A stretch of DNA of 64,000 nucleotides from the human T2T-CHM13v2.0 reference genome, Homo sapiens: the NCBI RefSeq assembly GCF_009914755.1, contig NC_060935.1. One strand, written 5' to 3'. Below are positions 43,918-56,800 of the stretch, one piece after another. Made by a program: the position numbers and the translations under genes. The notes beneath the pieces are model-generated. The model searched no databases. It was not told the origin of the DNA and saw only the letters and a list, made by a program, of their open reading frames with translations. Within the stretch, counting starts at the first letter, position 1. Every line of letters begins with the position of its first letter.

Positions 43918-46900
43918 AGCCTCCTGAAGCAAGCTTAGCTTTCTAAATTTCACCATTGTAGTTGAGCCCATAGGGCTGCCTCTGGTAGCCCCATTTGCTC
44001 TAGAGCCCTGGCTTACAGAATGTGCTCCAGCACCACAGACTGTTCTTGGCCTTCCCACGGGCTGTTGTCAATGTGTCTGCAGCAGGGTCGTCGCTGACCC
44101 CAGCAAACCAAAGCACAGCTCAGGACACAGCTACAGCCTCAGACTTCAGGGAGTTCACATCTCAGGAGGGAGCAAAAGCAGGGAGCATGACTCTTTCACT
44201 TAGCGTCTCAGAAGAGAATGGAAAGAACCTCGGTGGTGCTGTGCCCTCATTTTGATCTAAGGAAACTGAGCCCCAGAAGGATGCTATAACTAGCCCAAAG
44301 TCACACAATGGAGCTAAGACAAGAATTCAGGTATCTGCTGTTTCTCCAAGACTCTAAGTCCATGACTTCAACAACTGTGAATTCTCCTCCCCATCTTCCC
44401 ACTCTCCAGGCCTTCAATACCCACTTCTCCAGGGGCTGATGGTTAGAGAACCCATTTCAAAATCATCCCCTGATGTCCCCTGAGTCATCACCCTCTAGGA
44501 GTCTCACTCTCTCCACGAAGGTCCAGGGCGTGCCTCCTCCCTCGCCCTTCAGGACACCCCTGCATTTCGTTCTGATTGTTTACTTTTTCAGCAAAACTGC
44601 CATGAGGCCTTGGACAAGACTCTGTGGAGTGGAACCCCAGCTAAAATGAGAAAGGATTAAGCAAAGTGAACCTTACCATATAGGGCTTGAAATACCTTTG
44701 CCACCTGAGAAGCCAGCCTCGGCCCCCACCCTGCACCTCTCTTTATACACTTTTGTTTCCAGGGGCCCCCTCAACTGTTCTCTTATTTCCATAAAATGAT
44801 TGAAATGCCCTGAAAGGGACAGTTTAAGATTTGAAATCACTACTATATTGATTCAGGCAAGTTCTTACTGTAGGAATTTTGGACGGATCTGGGCAAAAAT
44901 GTTGGAAAGTTCCAACACACTGACTTTAATCTCATTAGTGCAAATTCAGCTGACAGGCACTGAGCCACCCTGGGGGGGCTAGGGCCTGAGATGAGCAGAC
45001 ACTTACAAGGGGCAATTTCCTTCACACCTGGAGATGAGAAATCGCAGTTGTCAGCCCTTGCTTTGAAAGACAGGAAGATTGGTGATAAAGTCAGAGTTGC
45101 CCCCAAGAGGCTCTGCAGGAATAAGGACACATTCCATTCCCTCCCAGGGAGGGAGGAGCAGCGGATGGAAATAGCTAGGAGAGGAGAGGAGCACAGAGAA
45201 GGAGCCACAGAGTGAGCCTCTCACAAGAGAGGACAGGGATTAAAGCCACCGAAATCCATCAGACTTCCTCTCTGCTTTGCATTTTAAAAGCACCCGTTGC
45301 AATCATTGGCCACATCTGCTATCCTCATCAGCAGAAAGCAGAAATTATTTAGAAGCTCCTCACCTGTCCCCCTGAGTTAAATCAACGTTGCACTTGCTTG
45401 TTATTTCCATGTATTTCAATAGCTCCCAGAGGAGTAGTTCCAAGAATATGGACCTGGAATATTTCCTCTGACATAGAATTGCCAAATCTGTATTTTGTCA
45501 AGTAATGATGTTAAAAGAAAACAAAATGAAATGAGAAAACAAATAAACATCAAGCAACTGCTATTATCACCATGATTTTTTTAAGGGGGCATTTTCATGC
45601 CAAATAAATAAATGAAGCTCTTTACACAGCTCTTCCTTTTCTGATTTTGGCATGGTCTTTAGCTGTGGGCCCAGGGGATAAGGACCTACTGCTATTGGAT
45701 AAGGAGAAACTATGTTTCTGACTCCATTTCCTACCATTGTCCCTGATCTGCTTCCCTCCCCTAAAAGACACCCTTTAGCCCACCTCGATACACCAGGATG
45801 TACTGCATCTTCTCACCCTGTGCACACTGCACAGAGCCCACTCCTGCATCTACCTGGGAACGCTTGCTCCTCCTTGAGCTGGCAGAAGCCTTCACCTCCT
45901 CTCCACAAAGGGGACCACCCTCCCCCATGCCATGGGAATAGTATTCATCATATTACTCTGCAATTGGTTACATTTACAAGTCTCCTTCTTTCCCTCCGCA
46001 AACTCCGTGAGGGCAGAGGTGATATCTTACTCACCCTTATAGACCTAGGCAACCAGAAGAAAACCCCCTCCCCAGAGGTGCTCAGCCACCCAGGGAGGAG
46101 GGGGTGACCCACGCAGCGTCCCCTCAATTCACCAAGAATATGCCCAGGACTGTGCTGGCCATCACTGAGGCAACACCAAAGTAGACAACGAGGTCCTTGC
46201 CCTTGGGGAGTTTACTTTTAGGGAATTTGTTTAAATCAACCAGAAGTCAGTGAGACAATACAAACCATTTGGAAGCAGTGTGAGTCAACCGCGGGCATAA
46301 TAGCCCAGGGAATTTAAATGGAAGGGAAATCATCTCAGGGCGGGGTTGGCCAGAGGTGGTTTCATGGAAGAGTTGAGTTTTCATCTAGGCCTTGAAAGAA
46401 GTATAGAATTCAAATTGGCAGAAGAAAGCAAAGATAAGTCAAGGAAGGTAAGGAGTGGGAGTGAAGGCTTGAAAGAATTACACAGTGGCAAAAACAAGCA
46501 GGGCACCAGGGTTAGAACCATGCTGTAAGAACTAAGGAACTCAGCAGGGGAGCCCTGAGGGGAGGCAGGTTGGAAAGATAGACTTGAACTGAATGCCAAG
46601 CAGAGTAATATAATTTTATCGCTGGAAAGATTAGGCATCTCCAGTCCAATCCACCCATTTTACAGCTGAGAAAACTGAGGCACAGGGAGAGTGACTTCCC
46701 AGGAAAGTAGGAGCAGCAGCAGCAAACATAAAAGCAATGGCAGACATCTGCAGGACTCTTCCAACACGTTGGGCATTGCGCTAAGCACTTTATGTGCATA
46801 TCTCATCTAATTACTACAACAACCCTAGGAACTAGGCACTAGATGTAACCCCATTTTGCAGGTAAGAAAGCTAAGAAGGCAAGCAGCTGGCTCAGGGTCA

Positions 46901-46964
46901 CAAGGTAACGTGGCCAAGCAACAGAGTCAGCACTTTGGAATTGCTCTCACAGGGTGCCTGTGCT

Positions 46965-47186
46965 CCTGGAAAGAAGGTAGGACTTGAAATCAAAAGACAC
47001 GCATTCAAATGCCGGCTCCACCTCCAGAGTCATATGACCTCGGGTGAGTTACCTAACCCTACTGACCCTCTGTTTCCTCATTGGTACAAAGGAGATAATA
47101 ATTCCTACCCCACAGGATTTCTGTGGGGATTAAGAAAGCTTAGAAGTGTCAAGTTCTTGGCCCGTAGTATGAGCTCAGTAAACGTT
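46965..47186 (+). mobile_element. MIR (in a cluster of MIR/L2 fragments at ~45.9-47.2 kb)
   Basis: tgacctcgggtgagttacctaac...tgtttcctcattggtacaaaggagataataattcctaccccacagg...gagctcagtaaacgtta. Confidence 0.8.
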
Positions 47187-49464
47187 ACGCCCATCCCCTC
47201 CCCTTCCCACCATCCCCTTCCTTCCATTAGCCTTGACGCTACCTCTACGGTCCTGCAGCTGCAACTCCCCACCCCTGTCCCACAGATGCAGGCCTCCTCT
47301 GTCCCTGGACACTGGACTTCAGGCTGAGGTGTCCTGCCTTGGAGGTAACTGCATGGTGGAGGGGAGAGGAAGGGAGGAGGAAGAATCTGGTTTTTCTCAT
47401 AGCTCATTTGGCCCTAATGATGTTACTGGCATGGGAGGGAGAACAGATCTGCTGCCCTACTTGGAGTGAGGTGTGCAAAGCCCCACAGTGAACCAGTGGA
47501 AAGACACAAGTGGACCGTTGTCATAGAATGACCTCTGGCTCCCTGGTTTCTTGAGTTCCTTGTTCCCTTTCCACCCTCTTTACTAAAACTCTCCAACACA
47601 GTGAGTTGTCTGCTGCTTAACTGTTCAATTCGAGGCCTCCAAAAACATGCATAGAGAGACAGTTGGTAGGGACCCAACAACAATAACAAGAACATTGCTC
47701 AAACTTGGTTGTCCGCAATGGAGAGAGATGCAGAATTTTCATGCCTGGCTAAGAGGTGGGACAAGATGAACATCCCTCCTTGTCAATTTTAAGTGTTTAG
47801 AAAATATAACAGCTTCTTGGCCTCTTGAATGGGGGTCTGCTTGGTTGCAAACCACCAGCCAACCCCTCAAGTGTTAGCAAGCTTGAGCAAATCTGTGAAA
47901 TTAGTGTTTGGGGGCTACTGAACTGAATTAACTGGGTTTTCAAGGCACTCTGGAGAAAAGGTCATTTTAGGTGAACCATGAGTTAATAAGGCTGCGTATT
48001 GTAGATGATTTCTATTGGAGTTAATGCAGGTGATGGATGACTCGGGACAGACATCGGGGTGGGATCTGACACTTTTAAAGTACCCAGTGTGTGCAAGGCA
48101 CCATACCAGTGCTTCACGGGTGCCGTCCTGCTCAATCGTTCCAACAACCCTACGAAGTGATGAAACCAGTGCTTGCAGTTAGCCAGTTCTGCGTTTCATT
48201 CACAGCCCTGCTTTCTAGTTGTGTAACTGAGGAGCATTATTTAACTTCTCTCAGCCCTGATTTCCACAGCTGAAAAGGACTCACCTCCTAGAGGAGCTCA
48301 GAAGGTTGAAAGAAATTGTATGTGAAAGAACACGCCAGCTCCTGGCTCGGGCTGGTGGTCCTAAACAGTTGACTATCACTGAGAGCTGGGGAGGTTAGAG
48401 GGCTTCAGGAGGCCGTGGGCTCACCAAACCCCAAAGCTTGGGAAGGCTTTGATTTTGTCTTGTTACATCTAAATGCATTTTACTCTGTTGAAAATGAGGG
48501 TGAGTGTATTGGTTGATTCTGGAGTGTTTTTGGAAAGTGTGAGCGAGCCCCAGCATAGAAGTCAGGAGTCTCATGCAAGTTTCAGGCCCTCAGTTTCCCA
48601 CATCTGTAAAATGATACCACTGGACGTGGTGATCTCCAAACTTCCTCCTGCTCTGTGAGTCTCCAGCACTCAGAACCTTCCGCTGCAAAACACAAACCCA
48701 TTTGTATAACCTTAACAGCCTCAATCCGGCTTTTCACATGTGACAGGCAGCTTGGGAGGTACAAGAAAAATAACTCAAATAATTTCAAAACAAAACAAAG
48801 CAGGCTATACTCACTGCCTCTGGATTGGATACGCTTTCCATTTCTTGCCCTGTTCACCTGCACAAGGAACATAAACAAGATTATTATTTTTTTTAATAAC
48901 ACACACATTGTCTACCTGGCTTTTCATTTGGGCCCTGTGCCAGCCATATGTGGATAAGATCTTTCAGGAACTTTTATAATGTCACATACTTATGCAAATT
49001 GGCCAAGTGTTTATAGCAACAGGCACCACAACAGGTTTCAATTAGCGAAAAGCAGCCAGGCAACCTAAGCAGCTTTGAGCACTGTGGATGCAGGAGCAAA
49101 GCTCTGGTCCTGGGAGGGTGGGGTAGATTTGTTGAAAGGACAGATTCTGGAGCACTTCAGGCTTCATGGCTGCTGCCTGGTTAAACCACACTGGTCAAAA
49201 CCACTCCAGCTCTTGAATCTGGGTTTCCTGTTTTTTCCAGCAACAGGGTGTGACTGTCCCATTGCAATGGATTCCAGAGGGTGTGACTGTCCCATTTTAT
49301 GGGTTGCTGAGGGCCATACACTAGGTTGGCTGCCTATGGATCCAATTCCACCCTCCATCATATAAACTCCTGAGGGGTGGCCATGCCTGAGCAGCCCCTC
49401 CAGTGTGAAGCCATGTGTGAACTCAGCCTACGAGCCACAGGCTCATGTGTGCGGTGATCAGGAG

Positions 49465-49762
49465 TGGGACCTTTAAAGTTAGACAGACCTGGGTACAAGA
49501 CTTGGGTTCATGGCCCAACTCCACTACTCACTAGCTATAAGACTGGGCAAAATACTTACCTTCCTTGCATCTCATTTTCCTTATTTGTAAAACAGAAATA
49601 GCCAGACCTGGGTGTCAATCAGTCTCACTTTCTAGGTATGGGTAATGCCACCCATCTCACTGGGTTGCCTGAGAGTTAAATGTTATTAAGTGTTTATTTC
49701 TGATGTAGTAAGTGTTTGATCAATGGGCCTCATCATCATCATCATATCATCATCATCATCAT
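49465..49762 (+). mobile_element. MIR followed by (ATC)n tail
   Basis: ttagacagacctggg...cactagctataagactgggcaaaatactt...tttccttatttgtaaaa; catcatcat run at ~49729-49762. Confidence 0.75.
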
Positions 49763-51539
49763 TATCTAGGACATTTCCCAAGCTGTATTTTGGGGGAGGT
49801 ATTAATAGGCGATATTTGAACAATGGCTTCTGTGGTCAAATTAATTATGAAAGTACTAACTAAAGAGCACAGGTAGACAAGCTTCCTTCCTGCAAGACTT
49901 CTCAGAGCCTAATGAGAGCTGTACTTTCTGAAAGGCGGTCATGGTGCTTGTTGTTTCTCAAACCAATTTGTTCTTAGAACCTCCTTTAGTTGTGGGCCAT
50001 TTTGGGGACTAGGGATCCATGAAAATACCTTTGGGAAATCTTAACCAAGACCTAGAACCGGGGAAAAGGAATCTCGAAGAAGAAGTATGTGGTGAGAAGT
50101 GAAGAGCAGGACATTTGAAAGAGGAGTAAAAATAGGGCATGAAGAGAAGGGGGTTGGACATGGCCAATGAGTTCTGAGAAGCCACCAAACACCCCACAAC
50201 GTCCGCTTCCAGCATTGCCCCACTTCTGAAGAGCTCTGCTTCACATCAATGTGTCTTGCATCTCTAGAGAAGCCGTCTGGGGAGCCAGGGCAGGCCTTAC
50301 TATCCCCATTTCTCAGATCACCACAGTCAGGTGCTGACATGCCAGGACCACAGAATCAGGAGGTGGTGCCTCTGAAATGACAGAGCATTTTCCCAATGTC
50401 ACATTCTAGAGTTTTCTGTGGGAGTGAGAGGAAGGTTGATCTAGATTCTAGATTACAGATCATTTGAACTCCACTTAGCCTGAGATAGTTAGGTAATTCT
50501 GATTAATTCTGGCTTATTTTTGGCTTTAGGTATTACCGACTTGTTTTCATTTGTAGCCTCTTTCCAACTTTTACATTTGGAACATTGTAAAAATCTGCTC
50601 TGTCAAGAAGCATAATTGGAATTTTCCCACACAAATGTTTAAATGAGGTAAGATTTAGAAGAATCAAATTTCCTCTTCCTGCCTCTTTTCTGCCTTAACC
50701 CCATCCCTATCTTTAAAGCTCAGTAGCCTTGGGTTTAATCTCCCAGGCTCAGGTGGCCCTCCTAGCACCCTATGACTTCACCACAGAAATTGCTGAGGTC
50801 CACATGTTCCCTTCACAGTCCTTTGGGATAAGGAAAAATCCCAGGGGCTTGTAAATAGTGCAAGAAAGAGCACCCCACCCAGCACTCTATTTAGCTTGGA
50901 TGAAGAATGCACGCAGTGACATTGCAAAGTGCCCCAGGCAGTGACGGGACCCAGCGCGGCTCCCACACCTCATCACCTGCTGATTGATGACAAGGCTATA
51001 GATAGAGCCACATCTATAGTGTGGGTTAGACGTGGTGCTGCATGTGCTGTATGGGGGCTGTTGTTTTCCCCTTTCACACTTGCTGCTTTGCTGAACCAGG
51101 GACTCCTCCCTGCTGAGGAGTAGGCAGAAGCAGTAAACATTTTGACCAGATGGAGGTGATCAATTAATTAGGGACTGAGTGGGAGTGTGCCTGTCTCACT
51201 CAAGCTTCTCAAAGCCAGCTCTGGGCACCTGGGAATGCATGTGGGGAAAGGCCTTTCTCTTCTGTTTTGATGTCTGGCCTTTTGTTTTTCTTTTTGTTTT
51301 TACTAAGAAAGCAAATTCAAACAAAGCCAAAAGGCTTGTCTTAAGTCTAAGACCCTGAGAACAGGAACTCTTTCCCTAACTCAGCCTTCCAAGATCATTT
51401 ATGAAGTCTTGGCTGTGTACCAGCGCTGTGTATGGAATTCCTGGAAGAAACTGGGGTAGGAGCTCCCAGGCCAGCTGAAGTGACAAGATTCTCAAACCTC
51501 ACAGAGGGGAGATGACAAGAAGAGATAATGTCCTAGGAG

Positions 51540-51912
51540 GCTGTGTTATCGACATCTGCCAGTTTTGTCAGCTCTGTAGGTGAGCCACCGTTCCACAAGG
51601 CAGAAGTCCTAGTGGGCTGAAACCCCCATGAGAAGTGTGAATGAGTGAATTAAGCCCTTTTGCTACTGAGGATTCTCATTCGCAGTAAGGTTGCAGAGGG
51701 ACAATGACGGTGTCCAATGGTAAGGTCTGTGACCTCTTGTTACTTAGACGTTTGGGGCCATCTTGGTCCTTCAGCTTCCCAAGGCTTGTTTTTTCAGTTG
51801 TCTCTCTTCAATTCCATGAGCTACTCAGTATCCAGTCCCCTTCCAATATATTCTCTTTTGCTTCAATTAGTCAAGGTCTACGTTTATGGTTGAAAACAAA
51901 GAATGCAAAGAG
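51540..51912 (+). mobile_element. Old ERVL/MaLR LTR (LTR33/MLT1-like), degenerate
   Basis: 3' motif tcttttgcttcaattagtcaagg..gtttatggttgaaaacaaagaa typical of old ERVL LTR ends. Confidence 0.35.
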
Positions 51913-52674
51913 CTATGACCTTGACACCAGAAGCCCTGGTTCTGGGTTACAATATCAGCTCTGCCACTTGCCTATGGTGTAATGCCCACCTTGGACAAGT
52001 CACTCTTTGAGGCTAATCCATGAGATGGGGACAATAATAGCCAAGTGTCTTCCTCTTCAAGATGATAGATATCAAAGTGCCTCATGTAAGTATGACATGT
52101 TATCATTGTTATTAGCAATGAATGTTTGTAAGACAGGTGCCAATGGAGAGTGGGTAGAGTGATCTTCAGGGAACCAAACTGATGAGAGAAGAGTCAGTAA
52201 GGCAGGGAGGAGCAAAAATGAGTTTGAAGTGCTGCAGCTGTACAGGGCATGGCAGGATTCCAGGGCTCACAGTGGAGGCCTTGCACACAGGAAGAACGTG
52301 CTGAGCACAGTGGCCCTGTTGGCGATCTTCTGGGTAGAAAGGAGAGAGGAAAGCTTAAGAAGCAAGATCAACTTACAGAAATGTGAGGTACATGCACATT
52401 CTGATCCCTATTCTTCAGCCATAGGCTTGAGACAACCCGTAAGTGAGGCTCGAGGGTATGTTACTGTTGCAATGCATTGATTTGACACTGCCAACCATTC
52501 TAGATTCTGCTACTAGAGTCCAGAAGACCAAGAAAGGGGTTGTGGTAAGGAAGCCTAAGCTAGCTGGAGACAAAAAATGGAAGGGTAGGCATAAATCAAT
52601 GGGAGACAATGGAAGAAATGGTGTCATTTGTTAACTTGCAGGTGAGGAGCAGTGTTAGGACAGAAAAAAGGGTA

Positions 52675-52850
52675 ACACATTTGTTGACTACCTCCTCTGT
52701 GTCACCTTTTATGTAATCCTCTCAACTACCCTGTGAGATAAGCTTTATTATTCCCATCTTATCGATGAAGAAACTGAGGTTCAGAAAATGTTTAATTCCC
52801 CAAGGCTGCTATGTGAAAGAACTGAGCCTTAGGACCAGCTCTGTCTGGCT
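52675..52850 (-). mobile_element. MIR
   Basis: taatcctctcaactaccctgtgagata...cccatcttatcgatgaagaaactgaggttcag. Confidence 0.8.
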
Positions 52851-52930
52851 CTATGTTCTTTTTCACACCGTCACATTAACCTTCAAGAAATAAAGTAGTG
52901 AGGCCCAGAGTTTACCATAGGAACCCCTCA

Positions 52931-53330
<400 letters not shown>

Positions 53331-53812
53331 TTAGAAGGAAAAGAAGTCTCTGAAGAGAGCTCCAACATAGCCCTTGGTTTCTGCTAAGGAGCAACAGTGG
53401 AGGTAGCAGCCGTGCCTTATTCTTCTGTGCTCCCAGGTGCCTTGCACTTGTTTATTGAACAGTCCATGCCATTGTTTCCCTGGAATAGCATAGTGATTAA
53501 GAGCACGGGCTTTCAAGTTGGACAGATCCAGATTTAAATCCTGCCTTCACTGGAAAAGGTGGTTTTTTATTATACATGGAAATAACTGAAAATGGATCCC
53601 TATCTCATACTGTCAAAAATCAATTCCAAATGGATTAAGAATCCAAATGCCACAGCAAAATTTAAAACGTTCAGAAGATATACATATAAGCAAATATCTT
53701 TATGACCTGGGAAAGGGACCAAATTCTTCATCGAGACACAAAAGTTACTAGTTACAAAATAAAAGATATATAAATTTGATTGTAATAAAACTAAGAATTG
53801 AACGGATTTTTG

Positions 53813-56800
53813 GAGTGGGGCCAAGATGGCCAACTAGAAGCAGCCGTGACTGAAGGCTGCCATCAAGAAGAACCAAAGCAGCATATGCATCCAGCACTGG
53901 TAACCAAGGCATCCGGGTTCTCTCATCACGACTGACTAGGCAGCTGGTGTGACCCACAGAGAGGAAGGAAGAGCGGTGTGGTACAGCGGGCCACCTAAGA
54001 AGCACATGGGGCTGGGGAGCCCTTGAGTCAGTGTGCTACGCAGCCTGGGAAACTGTGCTTTTCCAATGGAACTGTGCAACCCACAAATCGGAAGATCTCA
54101 CTCGTCAGTCCACACCTCTGGGGCCTAGGGTCCTAACCATGGAGCCACACAGATTCTCAACATCCACTCAGCTAGAATCTGCTTAAGCCTGCTGAGTTCC
54201 CCAGTGGGGAGGGGCAGCTGCCTGCTGTCTAAGCCATCTGAGCTCCTTGGGGAGGGGCAGCAGCCAACACTGGGACCGCTAGCTGCCTAATACACTAAGC
54301 TCCCAGGGCGGGAGAAAGGGTGGCAGCCATCTCTACAGCTCCCAGCCGGGCTTTTCCCTGCTGGAGCCAGGGAGACTGGATGGCTTGGTCCCAAGAGGTA
54401 TTCCCCACAGCCCAACACACCAGCTGTGGCAGACTGAGGCCAGAGTGTGTCTTCAGGCCTGACCCTGACCCAGCCCTCCTCACTGGGCAGGGCCTCCCTG
54501 CAGGAACTCCAACTCCAGCCAGGGACTCAGGGACAAAACTCTGATCTCCCTGGGCCTGAGCCCCTAGGGGATAGGGTGGCCATAGTCTCCACAGACCAGC
54601 CAACTTAGTGATCCTTCCTGTTAGTTCTGATGAATATAGGCAACCCAGATGAGTGGGTTTTCCCCCAGTGTGGGACACCCCCCTCCACCAAGGCACAGTC
54701 AAAGTGCTTCATTAAATGGGTCCTGCTCCCCATGCCACCCAACTGGGTGAGACCCCCCAACAGGAGTGTCAACACCCTATACAGGAGTGTTCCTACTGGC
54801 ATCAGGTTGGTGCCCCTTGAGGTCAGAGATCCCAGAGGAAGGAGCAGGCACCCATCTTTGCTGTTCTCCAGCCTCCTTGAGTGACATCTCAGGCATGGGA
54901 GCAATCAGATGAATAGGGCCCGAAAGTAAACCCACAGCAACCCTACAGAAGAGGGACCTGACCATTGAAAGAAAAACAAACAAACAGAAAGGAACAACAA
55001 CATCATCAACAAAAAAAGTCCCACAAAAACCTCATCCAAGGGTCAGCAGCCTCAAAGACTGAAACTAGACAAACTCATGAAGATGAGAAAGAATCAACAA
55101 AAAAACACTGAATTCCCAAAAGGTCAGAGTGCCTCTTCTCCAAATGATCACAACAGCTCTCCAGCAAGAGCACAAAACTGGATGGAGGATAAAATGGACA
55201 AACTGACAGGAGAAGGCTTCAGAAGGTGGGTAATAACAAACTCTGCTGAGCTAAAGGAGCATGTTCTAACCCAATGCAAAGAAGCTAAGAACCTTCATAA
55301 AAGGTTAGAGGAGCTGCTAACTAGAATAACCAGTTTAGAGAGGAACATAAATGACCTGGTGTAGCTGAAAAACCCAGCATGAGAACTTTCTGAAGCATAT
55401 ACAAGTATCAGTAGCTGAATCAATCAAGCAGAAGAAAGAATATCAGAGTTTGAAGACCATCTTTCTGAAATAAGGCGGGACAACAAGATTAGAGAAAAAA
55501 GAATGAAAAAGAACAAACAAAACCTCAGAGAAATATGGGACTATATAAAAAGACTGAACCTATGATTGATTGGAGTACCTGAAAGAGATGGGGAGAATGG
55601 AACCAACTTGGAAAACATATTTCAGGATATTATCCAGGAGAACTTCCCCAATCTAAGAAGACAGGCCAACATTCAAATTCAGGAAATACAGAGAACACCA
55701 TTAAGATACTCCACGAGAAGATCAACCCCGAGACACATAATCATCAAATTCTCCAAGGTCAAAATGAAGGAAAAAATGTTAAGGGCAACCAGAGACAAAG
55801 GCCAGGTCACCTACAAAAGGAAGCCTATCAGACTAACAGCAGATCTCTCAGCAGAAACCCTATAAGCCAGAAGAGAGTGGGGACCAATATTTGACATTCT
55901 TAAAGAAAAGAATTTTCAACCCACAATTTCATATCTAGCCAAACTAAGCTTTATAAGTGAATGAGAAATAAAATCCTTCTCAGACAAGCAAATGCTGAGG
56001 GATTTCGTCACCACCAGGCCTGCCTTGCAAGAGCTCCTAAAGGAAGCACAAAATATGGAAAGGAAAAATCAGTACCAGCTACTGCAAAAACACACCAAAA
56101 TATAAAGACCAAAGATACTATAAAAAAAACTGCATCAACTAGTGTGCAAAATAATGAGCTAGCATCATGATGACAGGATCAAATTCACACATAACAATAT
56201 TAACCTTAAATGTAAATGAACTAAATGCCCCAATTAAAAGATACAGACTGGCAAATTGGATAAAGAGTCAAGACCCATCAGTGTGCTGTATTCAGGAGAC
56301 CCATCACACATGTAAAGACACACATAGGCTCAAAACAAAGGAATGGAGGAAAATTTACCAAGCAAAGGGAAAGAAAAAAAAAAAAACAGGGGTTGCAATC
56401 CTAGTCTCTGACAAAACAGGTTTTATATCAACAAAGATCAAAAAAGATAAACAAGGGCATTACATAATGGTAAAGGGATCAATTCAACAAGAAGTGCTAA
56501 CTATCCTAAATATATATGCACCCAATACAGGAGAACCCAGATTCATAAAACAAGTTTTTAGAGACCTACAAAGAGGCTTAGACTAACACATTTTAACACC
56601 CCACTATCAATATTAGACAGATCAACGAGACAGAACATTACAAAGATATTCAGGACTTGAACTCAGCTCTGGATCAAGTGGACCCAACAGATATCTACAG
56701 AAATCTCCACCCCAAATCAACAGAATATACATTCTTCTCAGTTCCACATGGCACTTATTCTAAAATTGACCATGTTATTGGAAGTGAAACACTCCTCAGC

